Below are positions 37,169 to 49,547 of a stretch of 64,000 nt of DNA, in pieces (positions within the stretch are counted from its first letter, which is position 1; every line of letters starts with the position of its first letter). Source of the stretch: Haliotis rubra (taxonomy: Eukaryota). Made by a program: the position numbers and the translations under genes. The stretch spans positions 992,001 to 1,056,000 of the forward strand of contig NW_025767000.1 in the NCBI RefSeq assembly GCF_003918875.1. Reading direction: 5' to 3'. A model generated the notes under the pieces. That model worked only from the letters and a program-made list of their open reading frames with translations, was not told where the DNA came from and made no database searches.

Positions 37169-37716
37169 AGTGCAGTTAGTGGAGAGGAGTATATTGTGAA
37201 ACCGGAAAAAATGTTTGTTGCTGCCATCTTGTGGGATGAGGAGGAAATAGAGCGAAGGGAATTAGAAAGCACTCCAGAAAACAAGCGACAAGTTCTTGGG
37301 GAGTCAGTGTATGAGCTTGGCTTCACATCAGTGGGGATACAGGAGTTTGCCAAAACGGTTGTTCCATCTGGAATATTGTCAGGAGATGAATGTACCAAAT
37401 TATTCTGTTTCTTGTGTATATCTGGGACTGACGCAGCCCCATTCAAAGTGAGACCAGCACCTGCAGTCTCTTTGTATGGAAACAGGATCCGCACTGATCT
37501 CAGCGAGTTGGAATCCTACATCACCATCACGTGTAGCCATAACATGCGTTTGATCGGCCTTTGGGCATTTGGTAGCGACACCAGCAGGTATAACATAGTG
37601 CTGGATAGGAAACAGGGAACTCCACGGCGTTGGATTGATCAGATGAGGACAGAAGTGGAACTGGAGCTGTCAGCTCAGCCTACTTTAGAGGCCAACGTTA
37701 ATTACAGGTTCGGTTA
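37164..37716 (+). pseudogene. BTB-BACK-(PHR-like) copy B3: fragment of exon 2 with two internal deletions
   Basis: Begins mid-exon, fused to the Penelope RT; 30-bp deletion at ~37648 and ~145-bp deletion at ~37711; the 3' flank matches the B1 flank. Confidence 0.9.
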
Positions 37717-38345
37717 GCGTCATCACCAGTTTTTTGACGCGCCATAACGTTTAAACTGCTTTTAACGCTGATATATTGTAACTTTGCCGGATAAAATTTA
37801 GACTTTGAAAATGAGGATCTGTGTGGGTACACATCAGCAGTCTTTGACACGCTATTTCGGTTAAAGTTCTTTTAACGCGGCGCGAGATATATAGTAGCTT
37901 TGTTAGATACAGATTAGATTTTGAAAATGGGAATGTGTGTGGATAAGATGTTTGACCTTTGCTCATTAATTGTTTGATCGACATTCTTGAAGTTGGTGGG
38001 TCAATAATGAAGCATACAACTTTATGGATGACAACTTCTTGTTCATTACATAGAGCACTATTAGCTTGATAATGGTGTAAGAGTGAGTGAGTGAGTTTAG
38101 GTTTACGCCACACTCAGCAATATTCCAGCTATGTGGCGGCGGTCTGTGAATGATCGAGTCTGGACCAGACAATCCAGTGATTAATAGCATGAATATCGAT
38201 CTACACAATTGGGAACGATGACATGTGTCAACCAAGTCAGCGAGCCTGACTACCAGTTCCCGTCGGTCGCCTCTTACGACAAACATGGGTTACAGAAGAT
38301 CAACTCTATCTGGGATCTTCACGGGTAAAATGGTGTAAGAATCTA

Positions 38346-39198
38346 TACTAGCCACATAAAGAAACTGTGCACACAGAAAGTTCCTTCAGTATTGGATTAC
38401 AACACAGAAAAGACGACATGATGTTGACACTTTACAAGCTGAAGTGTCGGGCCTCAACAACATGTCAAAAGAACATGAACAATATCCGTAACAATGACGT
38501 CAGAAGTTCAAAATTGAGTCGGGGGTCACACGTCGAAGTCACAAAGTCAATAACGGGTATGACCATCATGCGAGTGAAGCACAGCAGTGCATCGACGACG
38601 CATAGAGGTTACCAAATTTTCCAAATGAAGGCCTGGGGAATGGTTTTGGACGTGGTCCCTGCCGTCTGGAACCTGTGTCTGATATGAGTCACCCGAATCC
38701 ATCTGTCCTGTCTTGGCGTCGTTACACGGGGACGCCCAGAACGTGGGTAGTCGGCGACGTCATTACTGTTTCCCTAACGCTTGACCAATGCAGATATCGT
38801 GTTACGATGGCATTGGAAATGTGCTGCCACCTGTTGTTGGCTCATGCCAGCTCGAACCATTCCAATGGCTTTATGACTTTGAGCACATGTTAATCTTGGC
38901 ATCATGTGCATGTGACTTTTCATGTGAATTTGTGAACGTTTGAATGACCAAAGATCAAGCTTTCGAAAGTGACCTCAATTTCTGAGTTTCACATGTTGTG
39001 TGCAGCTGCACAGGCTGCACGTGCAGTAACACATTGCAAGTCCATAGGCCACCATCAATGACGTCACGTCGCCTGGCACCTGCATGAGCGTTTGATTGTC
39101 TCCAATACTTGCTATGTTCACACCTTTATTTATGCATAAAGACGCTGTTTTCCTATCTTTATATTTTCTGTGTGCACAGTTTCTTTATGTGGCCAGTA
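38346..39198 (-). mobile_element. Internally deleted Tc1/mariner element, 34-bp TIRs, TA TSD
   Basis: TACT(A/G)GCCACATAAAGAAACTGTGCACACAGAAA at both ends; frameshifted MPRLTCAQSHKAIGMVRAG..SGRPR on the minus strand; empty TA site at 13101 in the B1 flank. Confidence 0.92.
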
Positions 39199-40880
39199 TA
39201 CATCGAAACGTCGCTCTAAGTAATAAACAAGAAGTTGTATGCTTCATTTTGTACCTTGCTGATCGTTTGTCATCATGTCCAGTGAAGTGGACCAATGTCT
39301 GCCTAATACAATCTGAATTACTTATTGTTCGTGGTAATGCTGCTGAAATTAGTGCGGTCGGAAGTGTAACAGAACATTCTCTCTCTCATTCCCTTTTTGT
39401 GTTAATGCTTCTCTTCTTATTGGTTCATACGGCTCACTGACTTGTTTGACACATTTCATCTTATCCCAGTTGCGTAGATCGATGCTCCTGCTGTTGATCA
39501 CTAGATTGTCTGGTCCAGACTCGATTATTTCCACAACGCCGCCATATAGCTGGAAGATTGCTGAATGCGGCGTTTAACAAAAAAAGCCCAACAAAACAGT
39601 TAACACGACATGAGTAAGTATGCGTGATTCAGAGGCTCACTTAGAAAGACGTATCATGACACATGAATTATTGGTTAGCCATATCCATCTTGGTATACCT
39701 TTGCTAGCGATGTTGGAGGGATTTTATTCCAGTTTCCTAGAAGTACTTCTGATTATTACCCAAAAGATTCTCAATAGTTGCTTGGGGCCCAGTGGATTCC
39801 CCACATGGGTATAATCGGTGAAGCCCATTTCTGGTGTCCCCGGCCGTGATGTTGCGGGAATACTGCTAAAAGCGTTTCCATTTCAGATTTTAAGAGTGTC
39901 TTGTGTTCTTTTACAAACACTCCCATCAACTTCATATGGTATTTACGTTTTGCCCTTTTCTTCAGTCATGGGCCCTTATCTTAACATCGGCTTCAGTGAT
40001 ACATCCAAAACCGTCCGCATAGTTATTTATCGTTGTGTAGTTACAGGACAATATATTCCAGTATATATATTATTTCACATCCATACTTCAGCCCATTCCT
40101 CATTAAACCCTATTGTATCTTATACCTATTTATATTATATAATTATATATTTTACCTATTGTATAAATTATTTATTAATTTCTACCGTACTTGACGCCGT
40201 CAGTATCCATCTGATGAAGGAGCAACACAGGTTGTTGCAATGAATAAAATAGAAGGTGTTATCCATAATCACTGGTAGTCCTATATCTCCAACTTCTAAA
40301 TGCCTATCCAGGAAGATTGTATTTGCAGACCTCATACTAATATGCTGAATGTGGTTTGCCGGCACCTGACTCGTGCACATGACGTGCACCAAAGGCCAAA
40401 CGTTTCGTCTTGCGGCTTTCAATAGCAAATAATGTCGAAGGTGATTCTATGTATGAGACTACTTTGTATTATAAAGAGTTTGTGATAAGTGTTGTCCCTT
40501 TTGGAATATTGCCCAACAAAAGTACAAGTGTGCTGTGTTTCTTTTTTTCATATCGGAATGCAATGCCACAACATTTAAGCAGAGACCATATAATAGATTA
40601 CAAGGAGCAAAGGTGTTTATATGTTTTCTTATGTCACACTGCTCTGTTGAGATAGGACCACGCGAGGAGTTCCGTCTCTATCGTTGAAAGCTACCGTACC
40701 ATACGCCTTGGGCTTGCGGCTTGTGGGTCATGCCAGTGGGTTTGAAGCATATGCCTATAACGTATAGGGTTTTGGGGTAGCCTTGTGGTTAAAGCGTTCG
40801 CTCGTCATGCCGAACATCCATGTTCAATTCCCTACATAAGTACTATCTATCTATCTGTCTATCTATTCCCTACATGAGTA

Positions 40881-41240
40881 GACCGCCTCCGTGGTGTAGT
40901 GAAAGTTAGAGCGTCCGCCCGGAGAGCGGAAGGTCGCGGGTTCGATCCCCGACCGCGTTATACCAAAAGACGTTAAAATATGGTACTTGTTGGTCCCTGC
41001 CTGGCGCTCGGCATTATTGGGTACAACAAGGACTGGTCGGCTCGGAGTCAGTATAATGTGTCTGAGTGGGGTATTCATGCTTCACTGCGGCATGGTATCT
41101 CAGTGAGCTAGCACTATAAAACCAGTTTAAGTCTGGGCTAGTACAAGCAGCTGCACATACCCATACACACGCATGCACGTCGTCATATGAGCGAAATATT
41201 CTCAAGCATGACGTTAAACCCAATTTAACCTCACCTCACC
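40881..41240 (+). mobile_element. tRNA-derived SINE, family 3 (Meta/V-domain-like centre), 12-bp TSD
   Basis: A/B boxes, CAGTGAGCTAGCACTATAAAA and a (CCTCA)n tail, flanked by CCTACATGAGTA. Confidence 0.85.
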
Positions 41241-42307
41241 TACATGAGTACTGTCCATCTGTCTGTCTGTCTATCTATCTATCTATGGCAAAGGTATATA
41301 TAGAATAAACTATATGTATCCAGAATAAACTGCTGTGACGGGAAGTTGTATGCTTCACAGAAGTAATGAGTCCTTAGCTGTGATTTGAATGAATCCAGAT
41401 CGTGACTTGACCTCAGATGTTGTGGGAGTTCGTTCACCAGGTGATGAAGGAGCAAGCATACACTCGTGTTATTCACAATAAAGAAGTGTTGACATCCATA
41501 AATCTTGCTTTTCTTATGCATTCCACTTCTAAATGCCCTTCAAAGATTTAAGGAAAGGTGTAATGATGGCTTCTTTGAGAGACACGGGAACACCCACCTT
41601 ACTGAGCATTACGTTAACTGTGTTAGTCGGTCTTTACAGTCCCTCAACCTCAATATTTCCCCTAATGCCTAGCCCTCCCAATGCAATGCTAAAGCCCTGA
41701 ATGAACAAGTCTAGATTTCCTCATGGTCAGGTTCTGAATCTCCCACCTCACCTAGGCTCCTTTTCCATTTTAAATTGATTAATTTGTTACTGTTAAAATT
41801 ACATATATTCAGAGACTGAGCGTAAGTCTATTCACAAAACATTATGGGGGTAAACTGGCACCGCGCTACAACAAGCGTGTATACAGTCTGGGCCACGACC
41901 TGATTCCAGAGGCGGTGAGAGTTTTAAGCGCCTTGAAACCGAATTTAAACCCTGATACCCCATGCACTGTTATGAAACATTTTTGTCCTGATGTGCTTCT
42001 TCTCTCCCTTGCAGAACATTGGCTCAATGAGATTTCTTTGAGGGAGAGATTTCGCTGAAAGGAAAGGAAAACAGTAAGTACCGCCGAATAATAATATTGT
42101 TAAGGTCATGTCATTGGTTTAACAACTACTACACAGTTATAAGTTTTTTGTTTTTTATTTGTTTAATGTCGCACTTAGCAATATTCCATCGGTTTGTAAG
42201 GACAATCCAGTGATCAACATCATGAATTGGGATACGATGACATGTAACGATAGGTATCACGATAAACCTACTACTTCTTAACAGATACAGCACCTAGCAA
42301 CAATGTA

Positions 42308-42732
42308 TACTACCCATCAAAAGTTCAGACTCACTTACAACACTCACTATATGTTATGTAAATAGATATGGTCACATCGAAGATTGATTTCTCCACTAAC
42401 TTGGGGGAACCAACTGCAAACCTTATGCAGATGAATTGCACGAGGATCATGCATCAAATTGCATAAAAGCACGTGCAAATATTGTGCATGTGAACAGATG
42501 TGTTTTGGTGTCAAGTTTTGTAAAGAATTTATCAATTTTCACTGAGTTTCATCATTTATGGAACTTATGACAACAATCTTTCAATGTTACAAATTTGTTT
42601 TACAATACATCAGTTCGTGTGTAAACTGTACCTTTAAACAGTATGGAATATTTTGCAAAATCTAGTTTAGAACAGTTGACTGAAGTAAGTGGCTACATTT
42701 ACACTAGTGAGTCTAAACTTTGATGGGTAGTG
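42308..42732. mobile_element. Tc1/mariner-type MITE
   Basis: TA-flanked TIRs (T/C)ACTACCCATCAAA(A)GTT(C/T)AGACTCACT. Confidence 0.75.
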
Positions 42733-43271
42733 TATTTGTTGTGGCTATTTGTTTCAGTATTCTGTGGCGCATTTTTAAGCATTTTCTATACCAGGCTATT
42801 TTTCTCGATCAAATCCCAGTAAGTTAAACTATATTATGTTTGGCTCAGCATGCCAAAGGAACTGGTTCGTTTCCCCGAAAGGGTGTCTAAAGCCCTCGTG
42901 TAGGGTCCCCAGCCGTGACATTGCTGGAATATTGCTGGAAGCTGCGTTAACCATGTTTACTCACTCATTCATCAACAACTGTAGATGACAATGACACACT
43001 ATGAATCTCAGAAGCATTGTCGAGAAACGTAGTTGAGAGACGTGCTTATTGACGTGTGATCATGTGATACAGTGTATTTGCGATAGCCAGGGGCGTTATG
43101 GCGTGTTCTACTTTCCCAACAATACATGTCAGCTTGACAAGCGTATTCAATACCCACCTGTGTAAGAGGACAGAAACTTGAAGCAAAGTTAACACAAGTG
43201 CTGGAAACATTCACGGGAAGTAGACATCTTACTCCTGGGTATTTACAGAGAAACGAAGGTAGGTCTTTACT

Positions 43272-43670
43272 GCACACACAGACACACACACACACACGGT
43301 AGATAGATTGATACACACAGACACAGTCTGATACATAGAAAGATACAGAAAGATGAATAGAAACATAGAGATAGAGATCGATAGTGATAGATAGAGATAG
43401 CGAGAGACAGAGACAGAGAGACAGCCAGAGGCAGCGAGAGATAGTAGAAAGAAGGAAAGAGAGACAGAGAGGGAGAAAGAGAGGAGAGAGAGATTGAGAT
43501 AGAGGGGAGATAGAGATAGCGAAAGACAGAGATAGGCAGAGACAAAGAGACAGCCAGAGAGGAAGCGAGAGATAGAGAGATCAGAAAGAGGGCAGAGAGG
43601 GTGGGAGAGAGAGAGAGAGAGGACAGAGAGAGAGAAACAGACAGACAAATATACAGACAGACACAAACAC
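43272..43670. repeat. Compound CA/GA/GATA microsatellite-like tract
   Basis: Direct reading. Confidence 0.9.
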
Positions 43671-45252
43671 GATGTATAAGTCTGGTTCGTGACTTTCATT
43701 TAGTCCCTCCAACTGGTTTACAGATCATAACCTTCCCTGTGAATGCAAGTAGTTTCAATAGGGGGAGCGATGGTATGTGAATGTTTTGTGGTACATGGAT
43801 ATACACCCACGTATACGACAATCGGAAACAGACTTGCTTCTTGCAAGCCTACTTTGTATAACCTGTTGTGAGCTCCTTCCCATGAAAGTCAAACATACTA
43901 TGGTCAAGAGGATCTGGGTAATTTCGCAACCTTTCACCGCTTTATAAGAACACTGGATGGTGTGTGAGGACGCGTATCGGGGAATGTTATGTCAGTAGAA
44001 GGGTAGTTTAGTATATTTCAACATGGCTGCTTTTGTTGACGTTATTAAGCCTACCGTATTGAAAATCCATTTAGGTTATGTCATGGCTTGTTTTCCAGAA
44101 CCCGTGAAGATCCGTTTTAGAATTGATCTTCAGCAAGAGTGAGTTAGTTTTCGCCGCACTCAGCAATATTCCAGCTAAATGGCGGCGGTCTGTAAATAAT
44201 CGAGTCTGGACCAGGCAAACCAGTGATCAACAGCATAAGCATCGATCTGCGCAATTGGGAACCGATAACATGTGTCAACCAAGTCAGCGAGCCTTACCAC
44301 CCGATCCCGTTAGTCGCCTCTTACGACAAGCATAGTTGCCTTTTGTGGCAAGCATAGGTTGCTGAAGACCTATTCTACCCCGGATCTTCACGGGTCAGAA
44401 TATGTTGAAAACCAAATGAGTTACAATAGCAGGCATAACATTAGTGACCCGCAGAGGTACAGATCAGCTGCGTATCAACGTAAATTACGCAAATACTTAT
44501 ATATGTTAAAACTCTTATTAAGTCTGTTGCGTACCAGTACGCTTGAATTTTTGTAAATACTCTATAAATGTGATTTTACTGAGGATAGATAAAATACCTG
44601 ACGTATATTGAGAGCTTCTATATCAGCACATGAACTTGACAACTTATTGTCTTTCTTATCCTTTCTCATGTTACTGATCAACTATGAATAACAAACATGC
44701 AAACCAACATTTAAACTTAATAATATTTTTACAATTAACAGAAAATAGCAAAATATCCAGTTGAGTTTGAGTGAGGTGAGTACAATTTATTTGGTTGCTC
44801 AAAGGAAAATTAGGATACCCAATTGAGATGAAGACATGCGAGTACATAATTCAATGACCCCAAAGTTATCTGTAGCTCTGTCATTAGTTTGTGTCACGGT
44901 CCCGGAACCGCATTGTTTACAATTCTACCATCTCACTGGGGCTCCTTTTCAGTTTAAATTGAATGTGTGTTTCTATCAAAATTATATATATTCAGACAAA
45001 GCGTTAGTCTAGCATATCAGGTGCTTGTTCTATGATTGGAACCATTTCTGGATTATACTCCTTATACTCCATGGGGTGGCCTGGTAGTTAAAACATTCAC
45101 TCTTCATGACGAAAGACAAGGTTCAATTCACCAAATGGATGCATTTCGAGAAGCCCATGACCGATGTCCACCCTCTTGATAGTATCTGAATATTGCTTGA
45201 ATAGGTAAAAGTATACTCACTAACTTTTTAATAATTTAAAAAAATGTTTCAG

Positions 45253-47669
45253 ATGCAGTTTTATGACATCCCTAATGTGTCTTTGACCATCCTGGTACTT
45301 CTCATGGGTACCATCGAAGGATTGCCAACTCAAAGTGGATCAAACATAAGTATGCAGCGGATGACCCAGAAAGTCTTATGCATGTTCTAATCCTAGTACA
45401 GTTCAGCCTCGGTTTAAATGATATAGGTACTGTTGGTCAAACAGTAGTCGGCCTAACAATATTTATATGTTTGAAAAGACTCCATTCTATTTGGAAGGAA
45501 TCATTAGCAAAGCCATATCTAAAATTTCACATATGTGGGTAATGTGGATAACGAGATATTAGTCATCACAACACATTGAGGTATAATATTTCTAAAATAT
45601 ATAAAATGAAATAAGGTTCTGTCATTTGGTACCTCTTGGATAATGGTATGCCCTCACATAATGTGATATAAAATATGTTCAGTATAGTATTGGATGACTT
45701 CCCGTCATAATAAACAATCAAAGACTTGGATTGCTTGATTTATATTTAGACGGGGGCTGTTTCTTAAGGACACCCCCATTTTAATCTTTCAAAAACACCA
45801 GATCAGATATTCAAGCTGGCCCTTTTACCATATAGTGAGAGCTGAGAGCGATTGGATTTTCCAGTTGCCTTTTATGCACTCTAATATCTAAGCTTGATTC
45901 TAGCGACTTCTGTCTATCCCAAACACACAAAACGTTTCTTGCACATTTTGTTTCCTGAAGTTTGTGATGCATTTATTGCAGATCTTCGAACATAGCAAAA
46001 CCAATTTGCTTGAGGTTGACAGATAACATGTAGAAATATCAAAAATGAAAACAGCTGCATTTGTGTCATTTTATAGGTGAGGCCGACTACTTTTATATCT
46101 AGTTCCAAAATGTTGTTAGTAGCCGTTAAGTCGTTTTATTCAAAACCGATATGTGAAGCATAGCAATGAATAATAGGGTGATGTAGCAGGGCGTTGCTCT
46201 CACTTCTGACTCTCCTGCATATTTCAGAACACAGTAAAGTTTTGATTCTCGGAGCCGGGGCGTCAGGTTTGGCTGCTGCAAAGACACTGAACGAAAAGAA
46301 CATCAGCGACTTCATCGTCCTGGAGGGCTCGGGCAGGATCGGCGGCAGAGTCAGGTCCGTCAGATTTGGAGGCACCACAGTGGAAGCTGGTGCGAACTGG
46401 ATGGCTGTTCGGGAAGGAAATCCTTTGTGGGATATCATTCGGAAGTTCAACGTGTCTGGGAAGACATCAGACGGCGACAGTGTGGTCATAAGAACGTATG
46501 AAGGCAGTGACGTCACGGACACGGAGGGTGAGTTGGCATGGCGTAAACTTGCGAAAGCTGAGATCAAGTTAAACAGTGTTATCAAGAGAATGCAAGATCA
46601 AAAGACCGAGGACATGTCCCTGCGCTCTTGCCTTGACATCGGAAATTGGCATCCGAAAACACCCGTGGAAAAGGTTGTGGAGATTTATGGCTTTGACTAT
46701 GATTATGGAGCTATTCCCGACGTTTCTTCGTGTTATTACCACGGCAGACTAGAGAATGTGGATGACAGTTTCTACGTCCGTGACGACAGAGGATATGAGT
46801 TCATATTGAAGAAATACGTAGAGAACGCGCTGCCAGAGAACGATCAACGAATTCTTCTGAACGAAACTGTTACTGCGATCAACTACACTGACACCAGCGT
46901 GTCTGTAACTACCGTCAGCGGGAACATCTTCGTCGCCGACTTCGTCATCGTTACCTTTAGCATCGGAGTGTTGAAGAGCGGTTCTGTGACTTTCAATCCT
47001 CCGCTACCAGACTGGAAGATCGACAACCTGTTCCGAGTCAGACTAGAGAACTACGAGAGCGTGTACCTTAAGTTTCCCGATACAACGTCAAGGTTCTGGG
47101 ATGACACCGAATTCATCCTCTACGCTGACAAAACACGAGGAGTGTATCCAGTTTGGCAGAACCTGGAGGCTGAAGGATTGTTCCCGGTTGGAACTAACAT
47201 TCTCCAGATAGTGACCTACGGTGAGGAGGCTAGCAGAATAAGTCGGCTTACTGCCCGTGATGTAAAGGACGAGGTGATGACGATACTACGGAGAGTCTAC
47301 GGTAATGTCACGGAACCTGAAGATGTATTCATTACGGGCTGGAAGAACAATCCATTGTACAAGGGATCCTACTGCAATATGGAAACAGGAGCACAAAGTC
47401 CCAGAGTGGTCGAAGCTATAACGGCACCCGTGGGGAGGATCTATTTCGCTGGGGAAGCGTATAGTAGGGATGTGTCTTGTTACGTAACTGGGGCTGTTCA
47501 AAGCGGAATCGTCACGGCAAAGAAGGTAACCAAATGTTCGAAAGGAACGTGCGAGGTTTATGATTCGGGAGAAGCAGGTCCGAGTACCAAGACCCCGACG
47601 GTTGCAGCGTGTCCTTCTGGCGGGTCCTGTCAGGACGGAGGAAAATGGCCGTGCTTGTGTGCATGGTGA
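45253..47669 (+). CDS. Flavin amine oxidase, plant-type polyamine-oxidase-like (PAO-1); signal-peptide exon 45253-45349 plus catalytic exon 46228-47669
   Basis: GAGASG dinucleotide fold, RIGGR, VEAGANW and IYFAGE. The upstream exon MQFYDIPNVSLTILVLLMGTIEG-LPTQ.. ends in phase 1 (A/GTATGC), matching the phase-1 acceptor TTTCAG/AA. Exon 1 is inferred. Confidence 0.85.
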
Positions 47670-48067
47670 TGCTTATTGTTTCATGCACATAGTTACTTAA
47701 GATAGAGACAGTATATATGTATATAAATCTTACATATAATTGGAATACTAAATGAATATATTGGAAATATCATTCACATGTCTGCATTAAAACCCAACTC
47801 TTGCTGAATATTGCTTTGCCGCTTGTTGAATTCTTCGTTGCAAGAACATGCTTATTGGTACCAGTTATGAAATGTACACATTCATAGTTGGACCTTCTGA
47901 AACATCCCTTCACATAAAGCTGAAGTTGACTTTCAGAAAGTTCAAGTAATCCCTTTTGTCATAATGTCTTGTAGAAAGTGTTTTGCCACTGTCGATCTTA
48001 AAACATACATCTAAAGTCGAAAACACAGGCCGTTCCACCTTGCCTCTTTTACTTTATTGGTAAATCA

Positions 48068-48243
48068 GTGAAGTGAGTGAGTGAATTAGTTCAGTTGTAC
48101 GCCGCTTTTTGCAATATTCCTACAATATCACGACGGGGGACACCAGAAATGGGCTTCGCACATTGTACCCTTGTGGGGAATCGAACCCGGGTCTTCGGCG
48201 TGACGATCCAACGCTTTAACCACTTGGCTACCCCACCGCCCCT
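48068..48243 (-). mobile_element. tRNA-derived SINE, family 1, full length
   Basis: A/B boxes and ACTC tail. Confidence 0.85.
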
Positions 48244-49211
48244 CACGTTAATGCCCCACATGGGAATAACTGACTATTGTCAGTGCCACGGTGCCGGAAT
48301 GTCATAAACAATCTAGTATTCTAATGTTAAAAATTGTGTATATGTTCACAGTTGTATTACTGTCAGCTAATTGCATTAACATTATAAAACATTAAACAGC
48401 CTACTAACCTTGACAGATCTTGGACAGTCAAATACACAACAAACGTTTGATTAAATCAGTCACCGAGTGAATGGGCAAAGAAAATATAACAAATTCTCAA
48501 TAAAATAAGATAAGATTCAACGGAGTTTTATACCAACAAAGGTTAAAGAAAGTTACTAGGTCCACAAGGTAATTGACAACAGCAAACAGTGAAACACGTA
48601 CCTTACCTAAACTAGACAATCACGGGAAGGTTGGTTATATACGGATTTCTGAAAAGACGGGACCTAATAAACCATAGCTAAACGTTTAGCTCAATAACAC
48701 CAAAATAAGTAACTACTTTGAGAGAAAACTAAGAGGACTTCAGAGGAGACACTGTCTCTAGGCGAGCCGCGGTAAGGCTATAACCTGATGCAGGAACCAA
48801 AAGGTGTCTCTTTACAAAGGAAACACCCGAATAGCAAACTAAATCCAACTCCAATGTAGAAGGTGTATATGCCACAGTATGGAGCAGAACACAAGCTACC
48901 CAACCAACATTACCACTAAACAATTACATTCAGCTATGTACAATAACTGAGAAAACAAAAATGACCATACGTGAAATATCAACTAGTACGAGATAATTCA
49001 GCCAATACTTAAAAATCAAAGTTACAAAAGAGTTTTAATACACGAATGAGGTAGCATACACACATGAAATAACCCACATCGAGTACATACATGATGAAAG
49101 TACGCGATACCTCGCAAAGCAAAAGATGTACGAACACTAAGCCTCCCGGATAGTAATACTTAACGTACAGTCCGCGACAAACGCTGGAGTTCGCCGACCG
49201 TTTTCTGAAAC

Positions 49212-49547
49212 AGTCTCCGTGCTGTAATGGTTAGAGCGTCCGTCCGAGAGCGGAAGGTCGCGGGTTCGACCGCCAACCGCGTCATACAAAAGACGTTAAT
49301 ATATGGTATTTGTTGGTCCCTGCCTGGCGCTCGGCATTAATGGGTACAACAAGGACTGGTCGACTCGGAGTCAGTATAATGTGTCTAAGAGGGTATTCAT
49401 GCTTAACTGCGGCATGGTATCTCAGTGAGCTAGCACTATAAAACCAGTTTAAGTCTGGGCTAGTACAAGCAGCCACACATACACACATGCACGTCGTCAT
49501 ATGAGCGAAATATTATCAACTACGTTACACCCCACTTCACCTCACCT
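49212..49547 (+). mobile_element. tRNA-derived SINE, family 3
   Basis: Second copy of the 40881 element. Confidence 0.85.

Noticed and set aside
43229-43699. 156-aa Ser/Leu-rich ORF
   Set aside because: Translation of a GA/CT microsatellite.
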